64,000 nt of DNA. Origin: Lama glama (lineage: Eukaryota). Shown here piece after piece: positions 51,191 to 63,230 of this stretch. Below the pieces are notes generated by a model. The model had not been told where the DNA came from. It saw nothing but the letters and a program-made list of their open reading frames with translations, and ran no database searches. Numbering within the stretch: the first letter of the stretch is position 1; the number at the start of each line of letters is the position of its first letter. The DNA lies in assembly GCA_028534125.1 (NCBI GenBank), contig CM052817.1:14510001-14574000 (forward strand), read 5' to 3'. Both the position numbers and the translations under genes were made by a program.

Positions 51191-52223
51191 AGTATTTGTT
51201 GAGCTGGAGGGAGAAATAAGACCTTTATTACCCAAATAATCACATATTGTTATTGTGGAAATGGGACTTAAAGATCAAGTCATCAAGTTTTCCATTACAC
51301 ACTTGATGAAACAAGTCTAGGAAAATGTGACTGTCTCAACAGGACACAATCAAGAGAGTCAAATCCAAGCCTCTTGATTCTCAATCCAATACCGTTTCCA
51401 CTGTCCCTGCTGCCACACAAAATTCAAAAAAGATTATTAAGAAGAACTCCTCTGTGCCAGGTACCGTGCTTGGTGGTATATGGAGGCAAAGACCATGTTC
51501 CAGGAATGCAATACACCTGAAGAGATAAGACTACACCAGACAATGAAACAGTAAAAGTAGTTGTAAAAGAGAGCTAGTAAAATTAGTCCTATTATATTAT
51601 GGACCACAATCTCTAGAACAGAAAAAGACAACAGTATAAGCCAGTATCATGTATGGTAAGTGATAAGGTATTAATGTTCATATGAGGGAAACATCACATC
51701 AGGTAGGAATAATCAGAGATGTTTGTATGAAGGAATGATGTTTGATCTTTCTTGAAGGAAAGACAGAGTTAAGATAGGCAGAAGACAATGGGGAGGACAT
51801 TCCTAGAAGGCATAAGATGCCTTTGGCAAAGAGGTGGCGGTGAAAATGACCAAGAGAAATCTTGGGGAAATACAAATGAAATAGTTTGACTACAATGTGT
51901 ATATGTGTGTATATATATTATAATTCACATATATATATATATACAAAACAATATACATAATTCTAAATCATAAGGAGCAGTAAAATGTTATGACTGTCTA
52001 TTTCAATTCCCTATATAGTGTTTGGACCAGAGTAAATGCTCAATAAATACATGAATAATCCATTCACATAGTAAAGGTATATTAATATGCAAACCAAAAA
52101 TTATTGCAGACTCTCTTTAGCCAGAGATATTAAAGCATCATTCATAAATCCTCCAAGCACATATAATCCATTTCTCTCCCCAGATAAAACTGTAAGTTTT
52201 AAGGACCACTGAAAACTGGTAGA

Positions 52224-52237
52224 GTTACCTAGGTAAC
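52224..52237. promoter_or_regulatory. Perfect palindromic RFX X-box GTTACCTAGGTAAC
   Basis: Exact 14-bp palindrome matching GTNRCC-N(0-3)-RGYAAC. Confidence 0.45.
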
Positions 52238-52777
52238 CCATTAAGTAAAATACATGAGAATTAAATTCTGATTGTAAGTATTTCTTTTACTGCCTGCCTT
52301 TTGAAAAGAGGCAAAGATACAGCATCAAAGCTTCCACTTAAAAAGTGGATGAAAAAGAACAGATGACTCAATTCTGAAACATCTAAATATCTGTCATCTT
52401 TCTTTTGGGCCTCTGGTTATTTTTAAAACCACTTCCAACAATGGCCAGATGGAGTTCATAGTACTAAGAGCCAGGTGAGATCTATACAAGGGCAGTTACT
52501 TAAGTATTTTAGACTAAAAAAGAGTTTTAAGGTTTTCTGAATGACCCAGATAATGAGATAAAAAAGAGGACCCACTTGCACTATCTACTACACCATACCT
52601 GCCAAAATGTTCAGATAATGGCTAAAATCCGCTAATCTATGTGTTTCTGATGTTCTGAGTGGCTACTTTAAAAAAGGATACTTCTTTGAAAGATGGCCAC
52701 ATTACCGAATCACCAAAACATCAGGATAATCATTGGAAAGTGTCAATTAATCATATGGGAAGCATTGCTGGATTTAC

Positions 52778-52890
52778 GATAAATGTGGTTGATTCTGTTG
52801 CTTTCACTGTAGCAATCTGCCGTCTTATTGGATAAGGGTGTCATGGGGTAAGATACCAAAAAAGACAATGTCTGCTGGAGACCACAGTTT
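52778..52890 (-). pseudogene. Candidate relic exon, frame ambiguous
   Basis: ttttcctcctttcaaccAG acceptor, ATC|GTAAAT donor. One frame is open and the others have 1-2 stops. Confidence 0.4.
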
Positions 52891-54141
52891 CTGGTTGAAA
52901 GGAGGAAAATGTATCTCCCTAGATCCTGAGAAAAAGTTGGCTTATTTGATGTGCACTTGCACTGGAATTCTTTGTGTTGACACACACTAGAGTTTACTGT
53001 TAACACTTCTTTCATTTTAAAAAATCAGCTATTCAATCAAGAGACTGATCAAAGCCAATGAAGCTCTATGTGTGTGGTTCTTTCAATAGAAATTAGCACA
53101 TGCTAATGACAGATGCAATGTTATCTTATCACGAGGTGCATTCAGCTCCTCCTATGAGACTGTGAACCCATTGAAGATTTGGGGGTTGCAACTGGTTTTG
53201 ACACTAACTGAGAGATAGGCAAAGCAAGTCAGTCAGAGACCGGAATTACGACTTATTATCCAAGTTGACAGTGAAAGACATCAGGGCATAAAGAGAAGGT
53301 TGATTGCCTTACTTATAGTAATTCACCCTACAGGTCAGCCTACTCACTCGTCAGTGGCAGAACTGGAAAGCCCAGCCTACTCACAGGCGCAGGGCTTTGA
53401 AGCCTAACATTACCAAGCTGGTTAGAGAGGATATATCCACTCTGCCAGCGGGTAGTTCCCAAAACAGAAGGGAGAGGAGTGAACTGTGCTCAATACCTTC
53501 TTCTCTAACTCACTAGTCATAGGGGCCCCACCCCTGCCCTGGGGAAGGACAGTGAGGCACCTGCAGTGCACTGGGAGTGTTACTCTAACAAGAGTCCCTC
53601 CAAAAGGAAACAAGACACAAAGGAGGAAAAGTTCCACCCTCTTCCAACACAGGGCAGCATTCATATCTTAGGTGTTGGTTTTCCTATCTCCAGCATCAAA
53701 AGCAGTGCCCTGCTCAATAAGTACTGATGAAAGTTAACTGTGAGTGTGTGACCTCCAAAGACAGAGATCAGTTTTTAAAGTCAGTCTTGAATCCTGCTTC
53801 TGAAACTCTCAAACTGTATGCCCTCAGGCGACTAATTGAACCTCTCTGATTTTGTCAACTGTAAAATCCAGATGGTAAATACCTAGCTCACAGGAGTCTC
53901 ATGAAGGTTAAATGTCTCAAGAGTTTATCCCGATGCTGGTCAGGGCAGAGGTGTTCAAAACTGTGAGCTCCCTTCTTACTTCCTCCCAATAAAACCTGCT
54001 CTCAGAAGAAAAGAAAAATCTGGCACAAGGCATCTTTTATGCTCCCATCAATGAGTTTTCCTCTCCCAGGGCCATTTATCTGCTTAAGCCCTTTCACCCA
54101 GGGTAACAGAGGTCTAGTTCAGTCAGCTGTGGTTGCGAAAC

Positions 54142-54290
54142 CTTGAAACAAGAGGGATTTAGAAGGAGGGCACCATTCTGGAAATCCAGGCTTCTGGACT
54201 TTTCTGTCGTCATTATGTCCAATGCCTCCTCCACCTCTGTACCATGCCTAATTCTTTGTTTCCGAAGGATTGTCACAGGGACACAGGGCC
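54142..54290 (-). pseudogene. Relic exon (GPCVPVTILRKQRIRHGTEVEEALDIMTTEKSRSLDFQNGALLLNPSCFK); donor may instead be at 54098
   Basis: Long polypyrimidine tract (54295-54348) plus AG, open frame, candidate donors AAG|GTTTCG or TGG|GTGAAA. Confidence 0.6.
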
Positions 54291-54634
54291 CTTCAATGGC
54301 AAGAGGGATATGAAGGATAATGAGGAAAAGGAAAAGAAATAAGAAAGATCTGTGCCCTGATTGCCTTGCTGCTAAAAAAAAAATGAAACGGGAACCAAGA
54401 TCTGTGACTTAGCACTGCAGTGTTTAGAGAATTGAAACGTAATGCGCTTGCTTTTAATTGCTCCTTAATGGTACACAGAATTGCTAGACATTAAATCACT
54501 TTAGAGGAATGCAGGCAGAATTACAGAGTAAAGTCACCTTTAGTTTTTTCACACTAGCCACTCAGCAGCCTAAATGCTAGAAGTCACAATTATTTGTTTT
54601 GTCTGGAAAATATTCCCAAGTAGTTAGACCCTAC

Positions 54635-54687
54635 CCACAGCTGATGTCATCAGAAAAATTAACGGCCAAATATAGGGGTCATTTTGC
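54635..54687 (-). pseudogene. Relic exon (QNDPYIWPLIFLMTSAVG)
   Basis: acctcAG acceptor, TGG|GTAGGG donor. Its only open frame ends in phase 1, matching the next exon. Confidence 0.55.
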
Positions 54688-54859
54688 CTGAGGTACATAG
54701 TATATGTCAACTTCATTTTAAGGAAAGCTTTGTAAGAGAAATTGGAGATTCCAAGGGGACTTCGAGACCTATGTAGAAGCAGCTTTATGTAGTGGAAACA
54801 GCACAGCCTTTGCGAATAGGCAGGGCTGAATTCAAATCCCATTCTATTTCCCTGCATTG

Positions 54860-55335
54860 AATTTGTGTAGTTAATCTATCACGTATGCGCCACTTACCCA
54901 CGCCCTATATCCCCCAAGCGTTCTAAGAGAGCATTCTCTTCCTGACAACATTAAGAAATACATCCATGAGCAGGGCACCATCCTCTTTGCAAAGTGGACA
55001 TACTTTGGAGAAAGGTAGAAAGCACTGCCAATGAATGGATTCCCTTATTACAATGAAAATGATGAGATCCCATGGTGGTGCTTAATCACCAGAGGCCAGA
55101 TGGGACAGCTGGCAATAATCTGCAGCATGGCTAACATGGAAAAGATGGTAGCCTGGCCTGAAGGGATCTTTGGCTGATACAGTGCATATTATCAGGTGGA
55201 CAGTATCCCCTGGAGTTGGGCAACAAGATGGCCTCATCCCTAGGAATGATGTATATGGTAGCCCACTAAGATTCTACTTCATCCATGTGACACAAACTCC
55301 AGTATATTAAACAAAACATTGACTCCTCATCTAAG
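54860..55335 (+). mobile_element. ERVL/MaLR internal (gag-side) relic
   Basis: cttaatcaccagaggcca...gggatctttggc...ccctaggaatga...gcccactaag resembles ERVL-int. Confidence 0.45.
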
Positions 55336-55835
55336 NNNNNNNNNNNNNNNNNNNNNNNNNNNNNNNNNNNNNNNNNNNNNNNNNNNNNNNNNNNNNNNNN
55401 NNNNNNNNNNNNNNNNNNNNNNNNNNNNNNNNNNNNNNNNNNNNNNNNNNNNNNNNNNNNNNNNNNNNNNNNNNNNNNNNNNNNNNNNNNNNNNNNNNNN
55501 NNNNNNNNNNNNNNNNNNNNNNNNNNNNNNNNNNNNNNNNNNNNNNNNNNNNNNNNNNNNNNNNNNNNNNNNNNNNNNNNNNNNNNNNNNNNNNNNNNNN
55601 NNNNNNNNNNNNNNNNNNNNNNNNNNNNNNNNNNNNNNNNNNNNNNNNNNNNNNNNNNNNNNNNNNNNNNNNNNNNNNNNNNNNNNNNNNNNNNNNNNNN
55701 NNNNNNNNNNNNNNNNNNNNNNNNNNNNNNNNNNNNNNNNNNNNNNNNNNNNNNNNNNNNNNNNNNNNNNNNNNNNNNNNNNNNNNNNNNNNNNNNNNNN
55801 NNNNNNNNNNNNNNNNNNNNNNNNNNNNNNNNNNN
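55336..55835. other. Assembly gap (500 N)
   Basis: Run of N. Confidence 1.
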
Positions 55836-56233
55836 CTGACGACATGTTACTATATATAGAAAACCCTAAAAGGTCCACACAAAAACTACTAGAGCTGATT
55901 GAAGAATTCAGCAAGGTAGCAGGTTACAAGATTAATGTTCAAAAATCAGTTGCATTTCTTTACACTAATGATGAATCAACAGAAAAAGAAAGTAAAGAAA
56001 CAATCACCTTTAAAATAGCACCCAAAGTAATAAAATACCTAGGAATGAATCTAACCAAGGAGGTGAAAGAATTATACACAGAAAACTATAAACCATTGAT
56101 GAAGGAAATTAAAGAAGACTTTAAAAAATGGAAAGATATCCCATCCTTTTGGATTGGAAGAATCAGTTTTGTTAAAATGGTCACACTGCCCAAGGCAATC
56201 TACAGATTTAATGCAATCTCTATCAAATTACCC
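55836..56233 (+). mobile_element. Young L1 ORF2 fragment (RT domain)
   Basis: Uninterrupted [11 protein letters not shown]...[19 protein letters not shown]...[13 protein letters not shown]...KWKDIP..WIGRI...[16 protein letters not shown]. Confidence 0.95.
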
Positions 56234-56235
56234 TC

Positions 56236-56491
56236 AGTAGTTTTTAATTTTAGCCATTCTAGAGGGAGTATAATGGTATGTCACTGTGGCTTTAATTTGC
56301 ATTTTCATTTGCATTTCCCTGATTATTACAATACTGACCAGCTGTTCATGTGTTTATTGGCCACTTGTACATCTTCCTTCATGAAGAGTCTGTTGAAGTA
56401 TTTTCTATATTTTTAAGTTGGGTTGTTCAAAAGAGTCCTTTATCATCTGGATATAAATCCTTTGTCAGATACATATACACACATATGTGTA

Positions 56492-56529
<38 letters not shown>

Positions 56530-59500
56530 CATATATATATATATATGGCAAATATATTCCCTCAGTCAATGAACTGCATATTCATTTTCTTAACAGAATG
56601 TTTTGATGAATGAAGTTTTTAATTTTCATAAAGTTCAATTTATCATTTAGCATACACTTACTAATTTATGTGCCATCTGAAAATTCTCTGCCTACTCCAG
56701 GATCAGAAACACATTCTCCTTGTTTTTTTCCTAGCAGCACAACAGTTCTAGGTTTTATGTTTATGTGTACGACTCAAAATGAATATATTTTTTGTGTAAG
56801 ATGGGGAAGTAGGAGTCAAAGTTCATTTTCTTTCATGTGAATATCCAGTTGTTACAGCTCTGATTGGTGAACAGAAGTTCTTTTCACACTAAATTGTTCT
56901 GGCACCTCTGTGGTCAATCAAGTGAATATATATGTATGGGTCTATTTATTTTCCATTGTTCTTTTTGTCTATATTTATGCCAGAACTACACTTTTTAGAT
57001 TATTATAGCTTTATAAATACGTCTGGAAATTAAGTAGTGTAAGTCATCAAATTTCTTTCTTTTTCAAAATTGTCTTGGTTATTCTAGGTCCTTTGCACTT
57101 TCATGTAATTTCTTAGAATCACTTTGTCAAGTTATAGCAAAAAGTTTGCTAAGATTTTGATTGAGGTTGCAAGAAATTTATAGAGCATTTTGAGGATAAT
57201 ATCTTAACACTACTGGACCTTCCAGTCTAATATTATGATGTATCTCTCCTCTTATTTAGTCCTTCAATTAGAATTACCTTATTTGCACTTTATAAGTCTT
57301 CCATGTCTATCATTACTTTTATTTACTAGTATTTCATGTTTTTGTATTATTGAAAATGGTATTATTTTATATTTTATTTTCCAATTATTCACTGATAAAA
57401 AAACAGAAATACAATTAATTTAACAGTACTAAATTCACTTACTGGGTTTTTTTTTGTGTGTGTGTGTGGTTTATTTGTAGTTTCCTTGGAATTTTCTACA
57501 TGGAAAAAAATCATATCATTTGAGGATAAAGACAATTTTATTTTTTCCCTGTCTGACCTGTATGGCTTTGTGGTCATTTTCTTCCTTTCACTGGTTAGGA
57601 CTTGAGTATAACGTTGAATAATGAGAGTAGGTGATGAGTGAGAGTAGAATCCTTGCATTCTTCAGGAATATAGGACCAAGAGATTTAAGGTTTCACCATT
57701 ACCATGTCAGCTGAGGTTTTTTTTATTTTTTGAAGACATCCTTTATCAGATTCAGGAAGTTCTCCTTAGTTCCTAATTTGGTGACAGTTTGCTGTCATGA
57801 ACATGTGTCGAACTTTTGAAAAAGTTTTCCTTCATTTATTAAAATGATCATATTATTTTTCTCCTTTAGTCCACTAGTTTGATAAATTACACAGAGCTTT
57901 GGATGTTGAAACAATCTTACATTTTTTGAATAAACTCCATTTTGTCGTGCTGTATTGTGCTTCTTACATACTGCTGATTTCATCTGCTAATATTCAGTTC
58001 ATCTATGTTTATGATGTATATTTGTATATTTGTATCTCATGAATACAGACAGTCCTGTAAGGTCTGGTCAGGTTGGTGCTGCGTTAATATCTTCTGCATG
58101 TGTCTATGGATGCTTGATACTGTTTCCTCTTTACATGCTTGATTAAATTCACCAGTATGTGATGTGGAGCTTTCTTTCTAGGAAGACTTAAAACTATGAA
58201 TTCAATTTACTTAACAAATACAGGGCTATTTGATTTTGTTTTCCTCTATGTTTCTGTTTTAAAAATGTGTCCCTCAAGGAATTAGTTCATTTAATTTAAA
58301 TAATCAAATTTATTGTCAGAGTGTATTCACGTTATTCATATCATTCCTTTCCTATCCTTTAAATATCTTTAGGATTTGTGGTAATGTCCGTCGTTATGTT
58401 ACAGATACTGATAACCGTGCTTCCCTCTTTTTCCTTGATCAGTTTATCAGGGAGTTATAAATTTTATTAAACTTTTCAAAGAAATCACTTTGAATTTTAT
58501 TAGTTATCTCCAGTTTTATTCATTTTATTGATTTCTACTTCTCTAAGTATTTTCTTTCTTTCTACTTATTTTGGGTTTTTCTAATTTCCCAAAGTGGATT
58601 AATTCCAAACCTTTTACTTCCTTACATAAACATTTAAAATGTCAACAGTGCTTTAGCTGTATTCACACATTTTGATATATTGTCTTTTCCTTACCACACA
58701 GTTTGAAATGTTTTCTAAATATCTCTATGATTTTACAGTTTATGTATAAGTATGTTATTTAATTTCCAAATATTTGAGAATTTTCTAGATATCTTCTTTA
58801 TTGATTTCTAATTTTGGTCAAAGAATATAAATTCTTAGAAACTAACTCAGACATTTTTGATAGCCCAGCATATGATCTACCTTTATAATGTTTCATATGC
58901 ATTTCAAAATAATTTGTGTTCTGCAGTTTTGGGGAGTAGTGCTCCCCATATATAAATGAGATTTGCACAGCTGGTGGCACTATTTAATTGTCTTATATTC
59001 ATAACAAAATTTTTTGTTTAATTGTTCTATCAATTAATGAAGAGTGTTAAAAATCACAAGCTGCAATTGTGGATGTCTATTTTAAGCTCTGTTTTAGGTG
59101 CATACACACCTTTACAATTGTACCTTTGTGACAAATTAACTCTTCAAACATTTTTAAAATTTATACTGTCATATTCAATACCTTGAAATCTACTTTGATG
59201 TTAATATGATCACTCCGAGTATCTTTTGAGTAGTGTTTCATGGTGTTACCTTTTCCCATCATTTTACTTTTAGCCTGACATTTAAAATGCATCTCTTATA
59301 GTAGCACGTAATCAGACTTTGCTTTTGATTCCCTATTGTCAGTCTCTGCCAATTAGTTGGAGTGTTCACTCCATTTATACTTAATGTAATTATCGATATA
59401 ATTGAGTCTTTAGCAACCATCTTGCTATTAGTTTCCTGTTTCTCCCATCTGTTCTTCGCTTTTTTTTCTTTCCTACCTTAATTTGGATAAATCAGTCCAT

Positions 59501-60240
59501 GTTACATAAGTATTCATTTTTACCTACACTATTAAGTTTTTCTCATATTTTTTACTGGTAATGGTGTTTATTATTGCTTTAGGGATTACAATAGGCATCC
59601 TTAATTTATCAGAGTCTGTCATAGAGTAATGTTTTGAAAGCATGTTATGTTACTTCATGTGTAATGTAAGATTCTTATGAATATATCTCCTTTTACTCAC
59701 CTCCCTTTCTTGGTCCATTATCATGAGTTTTACTTCTATGTATGCCATAATATCCATAATCTATTATAATTAATTTGCTCTAAATACTAAAGTGGCTCTT
59801 AAATTAAGAGAAGAAAAAAAGACAATCTGATATATTTATCCACATATTTGCTATTTCTGGTGGTATTTCATTTATGTCTGTATTTCCATCTGGTATCATT
59901 TCTCTTTAGTGCAAAAAACTTCATTTGATAGTATCTGTTAGCCTGTGTTGATGAAACTGTTTCAGTTGTGTTCATCTGAAAATGTTTTTATATCACCCTA
60001 TTTTTTCCTTTATTACCACCTTTTCTTTTAGTTAATTGTCTATTTACTATTATAAACAGCAGTATCTTTGAACATTTCATCTGTATGTAGCTGCATGATG
60101 TACCCATAATAAAACTCCTAAAATTAAACATTTGAAGGGACAGGTATGCACATTTTTTATCTTTTAATACATACTAAATGATGAAATTTCCCCTAGAATG
60201 GTTATATCAATTTGCATTTCCACCAGCAGCCTATAAGAAT
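56236..60240 (-). mobile_element. Long old L1 (antisense, ~4 kb, degenerate) containing a (TG)n/(TA)n tract at ~56470-56546
   Basis: Continuous antisense L1 motifs (tttgcatttccctgatt, tatccagttgtt, ggtcctttgcactttcat, gtttcaccatt). Confidence 0.9.
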
Positions 60241-60561
60241 AACAGGTTTTCTATTCTTGGAGCTTATAGCATAATTATTGAAATCTTGGTTTCCTCATTA
60301 GTTCTTCCTCTATTATTGTCGGGGCCACCTACAGATTCTTCTGTCCCAATTCCCAAGAAAAGTCCAGACTGTAGGTGGAGACTTCGAGGATTCTTTCAGA
60401 GCATCGCTCTTGATCCATGAGATAGATAACCTTTCCTGCCAAGCCAGCTCTATCTTATACGCTATATGTGCCTGACCTCTGACTCTATATGTGCCCTCGG
60501 TCCCTGTTCTGATAAATTGCTTGGGATGTCAGTTTCCTACAAAATGAGACTCTTAACTTAC

Positions 60562-60692
60562 CGTTAAAACTTTTCCCTCCTAGGAATTGAAGACTTGCCT
60601 GTGGCCCATTCCTATGTCTGGATCCACCCTGAACTGTGGACAAAAATCTTCTAATGCCAGTTGCTTCTCTGTACTTCTCAAAGTCACCCACC
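60562..60692 (-). pseudogene. Candidate upstream relic exon (VGDFEKYREATGIRRFLSTVQGGSRHRNGPQASLQFLGGKSFN)
   Basis: gatttcAG acceptor, ACG|GTAAGT donor, open frame. Phase does not match the next recognised exon (an L1 block and a gap intervene). Confidence 0.35.
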
Positions 60693-62199
60693 CTGAAATC
60701 AATGCCACTATTTGCCATTTACACATAATTAGGCTCCCTACAGACCACCTCCAAGTACTGTGATTACATTCACGTTTAAAAAAAAAATTTTATATCATAA
60801 AAATCTTCATAGCAATATTCAAAATTCATCTTTACAACTTCAATCACACCAGAGACATTCATATATATTGAATACAGAATAAAGATTTACAAGACAGAAT
60901 AGCCTTAATTTCAACACAGTTTGAAATTCTTTGTTGTTGCAATGAGAACTATCTTTGCTGGCTAAGGGTGAGCTATCAGAAAAAGAAAGTCGCTTTTATT
61001 GAACTCATGTTTTATAAATACCTAAACTATCTCTTCCGTATTTAAAAAAAAAATCCTTCAATGGGAACAGATTCAAAAGAGGTTATATTTGTCTTGATTG
61101 TGCATATATTGTGAATAAAAGCATATATCTGCATTTTATTTTCTAACTTAAATGGTACAGCATTTATATTACATCATAAATCAGTGAAGACTTATACCTT
61201 TATTAGGTCTGCCCATTAACAAAGTTTTCTGTGGAACACAGCTACATAGATGGTGTATACGTCATTAGTCCTTAAGATGTCCACAAAGATTAGTTGTATG
61301 TACCTACATAAATATGAGCTAACGCTACACAGCATTCTTATCTTAGGATTTAAACATCTTTTTGTGATTTGCAGACCCTAATCCGGGTTTTCTCTTATAC
61401 TCATATCTTGCCCCAGAGCCATAAGGAAGATGGGAAAAAGTAAGGAATAATGCAAAAACACAACATATTGACATTTTGTGTATTTTAGTGCCATCACCAC
61501 CACACTCACACATATACATGCCAGACACCAACAAGCAGGTTCCTCATAAATTTGTTCTTATCACTGGCAACAGGCATAAAATGTGCATTCACAGGTCAGA
61601 GGCATGCCATCACTTCCTCTAGTACTGTCTGGCGACCTTATTTAGCCAGACAAGAGAATATGGTACAGAAATCTCAAGTTAGGAGTATGTTGATTTTCTT
61701 GCCGGCTTGCCACCAGTGGCAACCCGAAATGTCAGGTAGACACCTCTATGGATCCTTCTGGCCAGGGAACATGAAAATGTACGCTGTTTGTGTAATCCCC
61801 TCAACTTCTACCACGTATCCTCACCTTTCTTTCAAGGGTCACCTCAAATGTTTCTTCCTCCCTAAAAACATTTCCTGACCTCCCAGAGCAAATGTGAGGA
61901 CTCTGATGGTGCTTTATTCAAATTGTAATGTAAATCAGAGTTGATGTGGAGGAGGACTTGGAAAGATTTACGGAATTAGAGAGAAAGTGCACCTTACCCA
62001 GAGGAAGTCAGGGAAGATTTTCTGGGTCGGTGGTGTCTAGATTAACACTTCAGATGAAAAGAGTTAAGGAGACTGACAAGTTATCTCTTAACATCACTTA
62101 ATTTCTCAAATGAGTGCTTAATATGTACCAAACCCTGCACTCAGAACTTTCAGTGCTTTAACATGCTTTTCTTTTACTCAGGATAAAAGAATTGTCCTT

Positions 62200-63100
62200 A
62201 TGGATTGTCCTTAACTTGTGTTTTTCTCTCACACTCCACTGATGAGCCATCAGGAAATCTTGTTGACTCTTTTGTTAAAATAAATCCAGATTCCCACCCC
62301 TTCCCACCACCTGCTCTACTACCATCCCAGCTTTAGCACCATGTTCCCTGGACTGAAGGACGGTGACAGTCCCCTAACCCATCTCCCTCTCTCACCCTGG
62401 CTCCTGCTTCTCCCGACTTTTACTGCTGTACTTCACCCTTGAGTCAGATGATGTCACTCCTCACTGAAACTCTACAGTGTCCCACACGCCAACCCTCAGA
62501 AGAAAGCCCAAATCCCTACTGCGGCTGAAAGACTTTTCTACAGTCCGATCTTTCCCGTTTGTTCCCTACCTGATCTCATTTCCTAAGACTCTTCCCGTCA
62601 CTCCGCTGCCCCAGTCACACTGGCCTTCTTGCTCTTTCTGCATCATGCCAGGCCTGCTCCTGCCTCACGGCATTGTATTGGTTGTTTTTGGTTCCTGAAC
62701 TGCTCTTTCCAAACTATACACTGGCAGTCTTCCTCACCTCCTTTGCTCAAGTGGAACTTGGTCTGTGAAGCCTGCCCTGACCACCATATTTAAAAGCGTA
62801 GCCCATTCCCCACTCCCTAGTCCCAAATTCCCTCTGCCCTGCTCTCCTTTTCTCATGTCCTCCATCCTCCCGTATCATTCATCAATGTATCATGCATTCC
62901 ATAATTCATTTCCTCATTACAGTGATTATTTATTTTCAATCTTCTTCCCCTGGGAACTGAGCTATGGGAGGGCATATATCTTGGTCTATTTTGTTCACCA
63001 ATATACACCAAGCATCTACTACAGTCCTCAGCACACAGTCGGCATGCAACAAATATTTTTTCACTGAATAAATTAAACGATTGAATCATTTCAATAAGCG
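62200..63100 (+). mobile_element. L2 LINE 3' region
   Basis: ccagtcacactggccttctt...cttggtctattttgttcac...tgaataaattaaacgattgaat. Confidence 0.8.
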
Positions 63101-63180
63101 TATGAAGTAGGAACTCTCTCACACTATCCTAAAAGGATAATTAACTATATTATCCACTCACAGCCAGCTAGGGGCAAAGT

Positions 63181-63230
63181 AGAGATTCAAAGACAGTTAC
63201 ACTCCAGAGATTCAAAAACAGTTACACTAC
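63181..63230 (+). repeat. 25-bp tandem duplication
   Basis: agagattcaaagacagttacactcc / agagattcaaaaacagttacactac. Confidence 0.9.

Larger units (their letters stand above)
100..60692 (-). pseudogene. Decayed multi-exon (unprocessed/unitary) pseudogene, tentatively an RGS22/RGSL1-like multi-RGS-domain gene; ends approximate
   Basis: About 25 minus-strand segments with AG/GT splice signals in non-repeat DNA. Consecutive exons are phase-compatible and translate with few stops, but in-frame stops and frameshifts are present. Family assignment rests on motif resemblance only. Confidence 0.7.

Noticed and set aside
52822..52846. Plus-strand mini-exon candidates (here, 13970-14015 and 38640-38687)
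   Set aside because: They do not form a phase-consistent plus-strand chain and overlap better-supported minus-strand exons.
55319..56416. 365-aa ORF-track hit
   Set aside because: Artefact of translating through 500 Ns; the real part is an L1 ORF2 fragment.
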